Shown piece by piece: positions 38,447-48,634 of a DNA stretch of 64,000 bases. Position 1 is the first letter of the stretch; each line of letters begins with the position of its first letter. Both the position numbers and the translations under genes were made by a program. The notes below the pieces were generated by a model. The model was not told the DNA's origin, did no database searches, and saw only the letters and a list, made by a program, of their open reading frames with translations. Origin of the DNA: Bispira polyomma (taxonomy: Eukaryota). The DNA is taken from NCBI GenBank assembly GCA_965649765.1, contig OZ287748.1:94736001-94800000 (forward strand), read 5' to 3'.

Positions 38447-39466
38447 ATGTTAATGTTATTACTTCTATAGCGCCACAATCGATGACCAGACATCCTCTGT
38501 GGCGCATATCTTAGTAAGTGTGCAAGAGCATAGTCCGATAGACGGAAAAGGTTGGTGATTAGAGATTCAGTTGTGACCATCAGATGGCATGCTAAGGTGG
38601 AAAAAGCGAGCTGATACAAGTGTGTTTTGAGCATTTTTCTGAAACCCATGATGCTGGTCTCAGTCTGAAGACTGATAGGAAGGCTATTCCACTCGGCAGG
38701 TGCTGCAACTAAGAATGATTTTGAGCCAGCTTGGTTTTTGGTAGGAAACCAGAGATGGAGAGACGATTGCCTCTGGTGAGATTGCTGAAAGCCAACATAG
38801 ATGATAAGTAGGCAGGTTGATGTACATGGACGGTCTTAAAAATGAGGACAATTACTTTGAATTTAATGCGAAACTCAATAGGTAACCAATGCAATTGTTT
38901 CAGCAGGGGAGTTTGTTAGTGCGAGGGCCAGCATGGCTTACTGTTCTGCACAGGTTATTTTGTATTTTCTGTAGTTTTTTTATTTGGCCCTTTTCAATTC
39001 CATATAGTAGTGAGTTACAGTAATCTAGTCGACTTGATACCAGGGCATTTGCCACTGCAATGGCATTTCCTTGAGTTAAATGTCATCGAATCCTGCGAAA
39101 GTCACGGATGTTGCCGTAGCAGGAACGACAGATATTCAAGAGATGTTTTTTGAAGGAGAACTTAGAGTCAAAAGTAACTCCTAGGTTCTTCGCACTGTCA
39201 GCAGGAACAATGCTGTTACCAAGGAAAGTAGTAGGGAAGAAGTCAAGAACCTTTCCTCTCTGATGTTTGGAGCCAATAAGTAGAAATTCTGTTTTGTCAG
39301 GGTTTAGTTTCAATTTTGAATTATTCATCCAAGATTTAATCGAAGACAGGCAGCTAGGAAGCTGTTCCAAGATCTGAGAACAATTTGGGAGTAAGGGAGC
39401 ATTAGATCTGTGTGTCATCCTTATGCGCCTAAAAGCATGAAATCCAAATACCTTGTAAGGCAATCT
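38447..39466 (-). mobile_element. 5'-truncated L2/CR1-group LINE (same family as 4661-5403) inserted in repeat A2
   Basis: WMNNSKLKLNPDKTEFL, AKNLGVTFDS, HWLPIEFRIKFK; same 3' UTR and (AACATT)n tail; TSD TT(G/A)TGGTTA at 38438-38446 and 39467-39475. Confidence 0.92.
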
Positions 39467-39667
39467 TTATGGTTAGTAGGCCAAGTACATTTAATTTTGT
39501 GATTCAACTGACACATGGTCACGACCCTATACACAGTTTACATTTCGAAATAAAATACAAGTTCAAAGTTTTAAATGTTTGAAGAATGATTTGAATTATA
39601 CGTGGGTTGGATAAAAGCCAAGTACACCAAGTAAAATAAATTTTATTTACAAAGTCCCAAGCCCAAC

Positions 39668-40640
39668 CTAGGAAGTAGTAATATATTGTTGAAAAGCTTT
39701 GGGTACAACGGCAGCAGCCATTGGTGTAGTCTGTAAATATTGCCACACAGCGACACTTCGCCACCCCCCATGAGTTGTAATGTTTTGTATTTGTACATTG
39801 TGATTAAATACAAAAGAAGTGCCTGAGCGCCTAAAAGCATGAAATCCAAATACCTTGTAAGGCAATGATAATTTTGTCAAAATTTTTGACAACACCAGGT
39901 GCACTTTATAGGCCTTGACAGGAACTAGGTTAACAGAGTTGTTAATGACAAATAAAGGCTGACCTCCAGAAATCTTTTGCACAGCTAAAAGAGTTTTCAA
40001 GGCCGTGACAGAATATAAGTACATGTGCTTTATGAAAGGTATTTGTACTATCTGTACTTGGGAAGCACCCTGCATTGCCTTATGCCACTTCATTATTAGA
40101 TGGGCCCCTGGTGTAGCAAACAAAACATCAGCCACAGTAAAATGATGTGTACTATCAAATGCATACATGGAATTGGGGACCATATTAGAGAGACAAAAGA
40201 AACCATAAAAGGCCACGAGGAAGATAGCTCTGTACACTGCTCCATTTTCAATACTGTCACATGCTTTAGAAATGTCCAAAATATTCTGGAGAGAAAACCC
40301 CTTTCAATTTTGGAGTGTAAGGAGCGTTATTGGCCACTGACCTGATAAATAGAGCAATCTTTCTGTGCCTCAAGTGGTACAAAGGTAAATTGTATAATTG
40401 TGCATAGTGTTTTAGCACTGAAATATAATTGTTCAAGGAAGGTGCACGAGTGCCTTGTGCTACCAGATATTCCAAAAAACATAAGCATTGAATCAACCTC
40501 ATGTATGGAAACCCCAAAGTGCAATGAAAATGCCAAAAATAATGAAAATTTGCCTTGATATGCTGCGGCAGTGGCAGGTCTAAGTCCAGTATGAACCCTA
40601 TCATGTGTTTTGTCCAAAAAGATATTTGCCAGGGATTGAC
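39668..40640 (-). pseudogene. Tyrosine recombinase of YR element 2
   Basis: FYGFFCLSN (R>C), HAFRRSG, HGGWRSVAVWQY; frameshifts in the N-terminal part. Confidence 0.9.
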
Positions 40641-40664
40641 CTACAAATATAAAGGTTTTGTCAG

Positions 40665-42300
40665 ATCTTAAAATCTGGTTGAAACAAGTGGCCCCCACGG
40701 GCCACCATACATGTGAAATCAGGTCTTCCACTACATCATTATTGACTTTTGGTGAGAACCATCTTGAAAGACAATCTGCATATTTGTTGTTCACCCCATA
40801 TATGTGTTCATAGTGTACTGATATGTCATATTTAGCAGTTATAGCCCAAATGGTTATAGCGAATGCCAAAATGTAAGGGTCATGGATTTTACTGTTGACC
40901 AAAGAGTGAACCACTGCTATGTTGTCACACCAAATTTTAACACCCGTGTGCTGCCATAATTCAGCCTAAACAGAAAGTGCAATGACAATGTTGTGAATTT
41001 CAAGGTGAACTATGGTTAAGCCTTGTACTTTGGTAAATGGATATGCAGCCGCATAAACATTCTTATTCCAAATAGCCCCCACCCCAGAGAGGGATGCATC
41101 AACATATACTTCTACCTGTGGCTTGATATGATTGAACACCACTTTCCCATTAAAATCGGCTAGAAAGATCTTAAACCACTTCAAGTCCTTGAAAAAACTC
41201 CCATCCAATGAAACTTTGCCTGTTTTGGAGGTACTTTTTAACACCTGAAGCATGCGGGTGAACACATTTTTGTACATAGATTAATCTACCTATCAAGCTT
41301 TGCAATTGTCTGCGTGTGACTTGCTTTTTTGAACTCCACCTCTTACATTCAAGTTTAATTTCTTGTGGAGGTATAGATATAAAGCCTGTTAGTATATTAA
41401 TATTGATGCCCAGGCATACCAGTTCGTGAAAGGGTGGATCAAGTTTGTCTGGATTCAGTGGAAGACCTAAGTAAGCAAACAAAGCTGTGAGAGTATCAAA
41501 TGCCTGACGTGCGTCATGTGACGTCTGGACGCCTATGACGTCGTTGATGTAGTTGCAAACGTCATAGTCGTGTGACGTCATTGCATCACACAAATGTCCG
41601 TCACACGCTGGCAAAGAGCACTTCCGGTTCTAAGGCCAAACGCCACACTTAAATCAATATATGTTTTGTTTCTGTGAGATATACCCATGACGTCATAGTT
41701 CTTGGGATCAATCTGGAGATTTCGAAATGCCCTTCTGACATCAGCCTTATATAACAGTGCAGTACTGCCAATGGTGGCAATTTTCTGAACAATATCGTCT
41801 ACTGTAGGGTATTTAAGTATATACTCTTGATTGTCAAAAATGTCATTTGGAATGGCATCATTTACAGAAAGTGTTTTTGGCCAACTAAGGTCCACTATTA
41901 TTCGCCTGGAGGCATTAGGTTTTGGTCTTGATAATAAGGGAGACAAGTGTAATTGATCTATACATTTGTTGTCACATGGACCTACCATGGCTTTATGTCT
42001 GAGTTCTTTATCTAGATAAATATCTGTGTCTTTTGGAAACATTTTTGCTGAGGAATGATTCTCCACGTGTATTATAAACAAAAGTGTTTTTGTTTATATC
42101 TAGAGGGAACCCGAATTCCAAGTAATGCACTAGCACCCAGTCAGGGTGACCTTTCATGATTGTATCCAATAATTTATGTTCAAGTCTAAGGGTACCACAA
42201 CCCTAGCTCCCAAATAATTTGGAATACCTGTGTTAACAACTTGTTTATGTACTATGGCTACCCCGTCTTAAATATTTTCTGCAGTAACAATAGATCATTT
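40665..42300 (-). pseudogene. RT/RNase H of YR element 2
   Basis: RRIIVDLSWP, KADVRRAFR, AFGLRTGS, YIND (YIDD decayed), VDASLSGVGA, IVHLEIHN, ADCLSR across several frames. Confidence 0.9.
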
Positions 42301-43419
42301 TGATTCACTAAGTGCACTTGGTATGGGTTGTGAAGTAAGCCCCACCTGTTTTTGTTCTAAGTGCTTTCTGTCACTGTACTGAAATATATTGGGGTCAAGT
42401 ACACCTTGAACATGTTTCATGTTATTACAAGTATTGGAGCACGTGAGAGTGCATTGTGTATTAGGACGAGGCCTAATATGACGTATGTCTTAATATGCTT
42501 GAGAGCAGATTGGTTTGTCTGTATGTTTCTGTACCAGACACACGTGGCTATCATGAATGATTTCTGTGGGAGATATGTCTAAGAACCCACCCAGAAAATT
42601 CCCTTGCCCCACATGTGAGCTAAAGTTGAGTGAACCTTGTTCACCCATAGAGTTGTCCCCGTCTGAGAGAGAGAGGAAATATGCCACACATTGTGTGCAG
42701 AATATATATCAATATTTCAACTTTCTGAATGACTACTTAGCCCTTGGCTGTTAAAATTTTGTCCTTATACATTTCTAAAATTTTCCAACTTTGAGTGGAA
42801 ATTTCAGTATCTTGACTAAAAGTATTCAGAACTTTACTACTAACTGAGCGTTATTGTGGAAAGTGTGGAGCTTGCAAATCTGCACTTCCACCCCAGATAC
42901 CCCCAGTACCCGTGTACTCGCCTACCTCACAATTAGTGATGGAAACGTTACAATGGGGTTTGGCCTTACTACTACAATACTATCAACCGTTTTCACGTGT
43001 GATTCACACATATAATGACATTTACTATTTTCCCTTAAGCCTGTGCTTGAAACTAATTTACAGAAACTGTCAGAACTATCTTTCCCACTGCTACAATGTA
43101 CAGGGTTACCATTATTCTGGAAACATGCATGATTGTTATCAAGGTTTCTAATACTACTAACATCAAAACTATGACCCATGTCCTCATAAACCGAGCACTG
43201 AAATTTGCAATTATAGCTTAGATTTTCATCAAAACGACTATGACAGGGGGTGTTACTGTCCCCATATTCATATAATTGACTATCTTGCATACTACAACAT
43301 TTCTGTACATACTGTCCACATGATAGACGAGAGGGGGTGTTACTGTTCCCAGACTCGTACTGACTGTGTTCAGTCACATGAGAACATGGGTTAATACTAG
43401 ATATTTCATATTCTTGCAA

Positions 43420-44357
43420 AATTCTTTCTTTTGATTACTAGAGCTACACTTTTCCCACTGCTGATTACCATTTGTTTGGAATGTGCACTGAGTGCACTTC
43501 ATTCTGATTTATCAATTTGTTAAAATTTACCCCAGTCACATTTTCCCCTCTCAATGGTTTGAAGAACCACACTATGTGCTCTCTTTGCAGTAACCCAATT
43601 CGTTTTGATAACATCTTCCAAAATGAGCTTAAGATATTCTAGCATATTGTTCCTATTTTTTTGGGTACTTTGCTCTTGTAAACAATGCACAAAACCATAG
43701 ACAAACTGGAAAGGGCTAAGCTTTTCATAATTCGGGTTTTTACCACTAGGGCCAGAGTAACAGAATTCATGTGGCCATGCCACTTCTACATCAACTTTTT
43801 GTCTTAGTGTCATTGACATGAATCAGACCAGACTTAAATTTTTCTTTACCTGAGTCTCGGGTCTTTTCCTGCAGCTTCAGCAGTTGTTTCTGAACCTGAG
43901 CCTGCAGCTGGTCATTGTCCCTCCAGTACTGCATGTCTGGAAGAATACTGTCCGCTTCATCGTCAGACGTTTGCAGCCGCATGTTCACCTGTTTACCAGT
44001 TTTGACATGGCAACTCTGTGAACGGCTATGGGATCTCATGGGAGAACTGTATGACATACCTCCCAAAGATTGTTCATTATTGTCTATTTTACTTTCAAGT
44101 CTTCTGTTATTTTCTTCTAATGTTTGTATTTTACTCAAAATCAGAGCCAAGGCGTCATCTTGTCCAACACTGGGCTTCTCAGGTGGCGTTGGAGCTCCCC
44201 CAACAGCTCCCAGCAAGGATCCTTCTGACACTTGTTCTAGGTGGTCGAGTTGACGGTTAGGAGCAGATACATTCAGAATGCAGTTTCTCCCAACAGGTCT
44301 CACGTGGTGGGCAGATTTTCCCAGTAAGTCACACCTTCTACAGTGAAACTTTGACAT
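43420..44357 (-). pseudogene. Gag-like ORF of YR element 2
   Basis: N-terminal CRRC...HVRPVGRNC, coiled coil, KFKSG, AWPHE...YEKLSPFQFVYGF; frameshifted, C-terminal zinc finger apparently lost. Confidence 0.75.
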
Positions 44358-44989
44358 TTCTGTAATAAAGCAGATAACTTCTCCCTCACAGCAAAACCTG
44401 GCTTTTCAAGAATAAATTATCAAGAGTTGTCAAACTTTGTGAAGTTAAATTTTGACTTGATATTAAATCAGTATTAAACGAGCTCGTTTTTGTGAGCCCA
44501 ACAAGCCGCGCCCTGCTGTAAAAGAGGTGTTTCTCTTAGCTTTGCAAGCTCCACACTGACAATATACTGTGTTGAAGCTTGCAAAGAAAACTTTTACAGA
44601 ACTACTCTCTAGTCACTAATTGAACATTTTTATTACCCCCCTCAATAAAAACACTCTTCCCCCAGACAGATACAACCTCCATACGTCCACGCCGCCCACG
44701 CACAGTTATGGTTACTGGGCCAAGTACATTTAATGTGATTCAACTGACACATGGTCACGACCCTATACATATTGGTTAGTCATGACATCATTTTGCATTA
44801 AATGTCAAGTGTCACCGGACTACACATAGTTTTGTAGATATAATTTAGACATCAGATCTTTCATTATTCTTTGTTCCATAATGTCTTTGTATGGGTTACT
44901 GCAGATAAAGCAATTTCCCGGAATATCCAATATTCTGCCACCAAAATGTAGGACTACACAGATAAAAGTAACATTCTATTCCAATATAG

Positions 44990-45103
44990 AAGCTGAAGTT
45001 CAGATGCAGACACATCTCAGTAGCTGTGGTGTGCTTTGCCCAGTCCCTGTCCCTACACTGAATGGGGAATTGACAGCCAGATGGAGTGTCTGCGGCATGA
45101 ATG
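44990..45103 (+). CDS. HYKK: HYKK-like exon
   Basis: ATAG| EAEVQMQTHLSSCGVLCPVPVPTLNGE... G|GTAATA; phase 1/1 consistent. Confidence 0.82.
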
Positions 45104-45409
45104 GTAATACCCAGTGACATTGAAAGGTTAAAAACTAGATATGTCAGGTTTCTACACTGAGAGTACATACACATAAAAATAATCAATTATATATACACTG
45201 GAGTATGGTCATCATAAATTAAATTATTTATAAACTTATGGTCGCCTTAACTTTAAAAATTTAATTATAATGTTGTGTGAATTAAATACTAAGGTGACCT
45301 TAAGTCATCACAAGTATCGATGGCAAAGTAGCCGCTTGCCCTGATATACGATACACTAAATATTTGTATTTACTCTCAAAATATCTATTACCAGAACAAG
45401 TTATCGGGT

Positions 45410-45580
45410 TACCTTTTGTATTATATCGGGGCAGGCAGTTTACTGGTGGAAGAAATCAGTATAGCATAGTTGGTCAAGATTTCTGTACTGTAAATCATCA
45501 GCCTTCAGCAAATTTACTACCAAGTTTCCCACATGCATTGCCGGGGCTGAGATTTGAACCCACTACTACAGAGACGGAAG
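45410..45580 (-). mobile_element. tRNA-derived SINE family 2 remnant
   Basis: Minus-strand box B-like GGTTCAAATC and TGGTGGAAGAAA core shared with 53626-53768 and ~58345. Confidence 0.5.
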
Positions 45581-45702
45581 GCTATACTATTACCCTGTCA
45601 TTAAGGTACATGCCACTTACAACATGTGCTTTCCACTAAAAACATTGTTTAAAAAGGATCTAAAATTGAAGAATCATGGTCAAGTACCTTTCTTGCTTGC
45701 AG

Positions 45703-45851
45703 GTTTTACAAGCACACAAGACAACAAAGAAGAATCTGTCATCAGACTATTGAGATATATACCTGGAATTGGATTGAAGCATGTCCCACTCACGGCAGAG
45801 CTATTGGAGAGTTATGGAAAGTTTATTGGGCGAATGACCAAATTTCTACAA
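45703..45851 (+). CDS. HYKK: HYKK-like exon
   Basis: TTGCAG| ...VIRLLRYIPG...LLESYGKFIGRMTKFLQ |GTAAAA. Confidence 0.85.
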
Positions 45852-46229
45852 GTAAAAAGTTATAAACTTGCACAACATATATAATACCAATTAAAACTAT
45901 AATAGGCCAATGATTGTTTGTTGTACATAAATAACATGAATTTACCCAGCATGACAGGTGCTAACAGCTATCTTTATAGGTAATGTTACAAGACAGTGTT
46001 CATAAAGAACATTTAACTTTCTAAACCAGTTTTTACACAATTTCACAACATATTTATGTGGTATTTCATATATTATAATAACATCTTCAGAATAGTATTA
46101 TATTACAGCTATCTTACTTATGTGCTTACCATAATAGCATTGTCGTCCTCTTTAATATACCATGACACATTCCTGTGGTATTTCATGTTGCAAAAGTCCA
46201 TATTCAGACTTCTATCCAAAACACTACAG

Positions 46230-46337
46230 GGGTTCCAGCATTCTGCATTAGAGCATTATGAGACTATATGGGGTCCAGCCAGTTTACCTCAACTGAAGAA
46301 GAAAGCACATGTGTTAAAAGATCAAGACAAAGAAAAG
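46230..46337 (+). CDS. HYKK: HYKK-like exon
   Basis: TACAG| GFQHSALEHYETIWGPASLPQL...DKEK |GTGAAA. Confidence 0.82.
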
Positions 46338-46594
46338 GTGAAATAGAAGTATCCCTAAATATGTTATACCAAAAAATAACTACTCATTGTTTTATACTAC
46401 AGTAATTGTCCAATTGTTACATCAGGTTACTCAAATGAAATAGCCCAATTTTGTTGGAAGTTTGTCAGGAATATCATGCAAAAACTACTGTTATCCAGTA
46501 TATATATATCATGTGTTATGAATATCTAGTTCATACAACATTTAGTTATATAGAGTTGATATTGCTATTATTGTTTACCTCATTGACCATACAG

Positions 46595-46661
46595 CTTGTC
46601 TTGGACATCATTAATCAGTTTGAAGAGAAGCTCTTGGCCTTTGGTGAAGAACTTCCCAAAA
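46595..46661 (+). CDS. HYKK: HYKK-like exon
   Basis: TACAG| LVLDIINQFEEKLLAFGEELPK A|GTAAGT. Confidence 0.8.
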
Positions 46662-46962
46662 GTAAGTTTGACATCAGTCAACTTTTACAAGTCCTTCATT
46701 TAATAGATGAAAGACAGTAAAATGTACTACTAGTAAATTGTCTACCAACCGGAATAACGTCTAGCATGGAAACTAGGCTCAGCAACAAGCGTAACTTTCT
46801 CAATTATTATAGTTGAATCAAAATACATATTTTGATTACTCTGTTTAAAATCTTAACATATCCTTGATATATTCCTTTTATTCACTACTGAAATTTTGGC
46901 TTTCTATGCCGCCTTGTAAAGTATGTGTAAAGAATTACTGTGTTTTAACTATGTGAAAACAG

Positions 46963-47426
46963 GTATCATTCATTGTGACTGCAACCCAGGAAATATTCTG
47001 GTCACCATGGACAACAACACCAACAACAATGACAAGGACTGTACATGTACCATATCTGCAATCATAGACTTCGGAGATGCCCGCAAGACATTCACCATTG
47101 CTGAAATAGCCATTGCCATAACAGAAATGATGATTGCTTGTAAATCAGAAAACCTTCTATTAGATATCGGAGGGTACATTCTTTCAGGATACCTTAGACA
47201 GGTGTGTATGTTGGAGTCTGAGTGGGCTGTATTAAGAGTGTTAATATTAGGCAGGTACTGTCAAAAGTTAGTGCTTGGTAAAGAAGCAATTGAGGCTGAA
47301 CCTGACAACGCATACCTTGCACTGGATGAAGATCAGCTGTGGAAGCAGGTGAAGGTAATTTTGGAGATGAGTGGCGAGGATTTATGTAACAAGTGGAAGG
47401 TCATTATAGATATGAGAGGTGTATGA
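46963..47426 (+). CDS. HYKK: HYKK-like terminal exon (catalytic loop and DFG)
   Basis: IIHCDCNPGNILV, AIIDFGD, EIAIAI, GGYILSGY, GRYCQKLVLG, EPDNAYL: APH/choline-kinase fold, HYKK-type C-terminus. Confidence 0.9.
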
Positions 47427-48375
47427 AAGGATAAAAAAATATACATGTGAATTGTGGACCACAACTCTAATTCTATGGTAATTAATGTGCCAGAATATTT
47501 TATCTTCATTTTGAAGAACTATTTTTTAATATAACCAACACCCTGACCAGTGAATTTTAAAATGCACCACACATATTGGCCATAGGTGCAATCATTGTAT
47601 TTTTACAAGAAATAGTTTTTCATAGTTTCATTATTGTTTTTTGTTTTTTTTTGCACATTAGTATGTAATGTAATATATTAGCGTCTATAGTGTCTCATAC
47701 TCTGTGAACAGTGTCCCCAAATAAACACACCCAGAGCCATATCAAAGAAGAATATTCCCCAAACAATTGTCCAATCTTTTCTATAAGTGGCACTGTTAAT
47801 AGGAAGAAACTAATTATTTATTTATTTTAAATATTTACTGAAATTAATTTTGATTATGTAAACTAAACATGTGGCTAAAGTAGTTAGAATTACATTCTAG
47901 TGAAATATTAAGCATGGAGAAATAGTCTGAAACTCCATGTACTCCTATAAGACTAAGGCGGTGTTAATGCACATCACGTTTTTGTGCTTTGGAAGAGTGC
48001 ATTAAGGAGTATAATGTACAGGGTAGAATTTGAGGTAAATAAACTTCCATCATGTTTAAAATTTAAATATTAAAATTTATCAACTTAAGAGACACATTTA
48101 TATATATGCGTTTGCTGCCAATTTGCCGGGGAAAAATATTAATAAACTTCACCCTGAAAGAAATCTTTAAAATAATTGTTTTTACCCTTATTTGTCCATG
48201 ATCCTTCCTTGTCTATGGTATCAGCTGTACCAATAAAAATTAAGCTTTATAAACTTTCACTAGATTCATATGGCAGGTCAAAATGTAAACTATGGTAATA
48301 TGGATTTAAATTTTATCGTAGCTGTTTCTATGGATGCTATATCATTAACTCATTAAAAACGTAAACAGAGGAAAA

Positions 48376-48634
48376 ATTTGAATTTGAATTTGGATATTTA
48401 ACGTCCACTCTAGTACCTTTTAGTAGGTTATATTGGGACGGGTAGTTGAAAACGCTGGAGGAAACACTGCATACAGTCGGTCAAGGTTCTGCAGAGAAAC
48501 CAGCGGCCCACAGTAAGGAACTACCACCTTTCCCACATAGGCATCGACGGGATTTGAACTCACGCCGCCCAGAGGTGAGAGACCAGTGATTGTGAAGCAC
48601 AATGCTTGCTAACCATTAGGCCACCGCGGCCCCC
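48376..48634 (-). mobile_element. tRNA-derived SINE family 1
   Basis: Full copy with box A/B and (AAATTC)n tail. Confidence 0.92.

Larger units (their letters stand above)
37563..44769 (-). mobile_element. Ngaro-type YR retrotransposon 2 (decayed), antisense in a HYKK-like intron
   Basis: A1 44520-44769 = A2 38251-38446 + 39467-39533; B1 39533-39658 matches B2 37563-37836; frameshifted gag, RT/RH and YR on the minus strand. Confidence 0.92.

Noticed and set aside
39083-39463. 126-aa ORF as a functional YR-LINE fusion gene
   Set aside because: Chance product of the 40-nt templated patch and a frameshifted LINE fragment; no real start context.
48420-48602. Similar short ORFs at 48420, 51680 and 52923
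   Set aside because: Translations of SINE copies.
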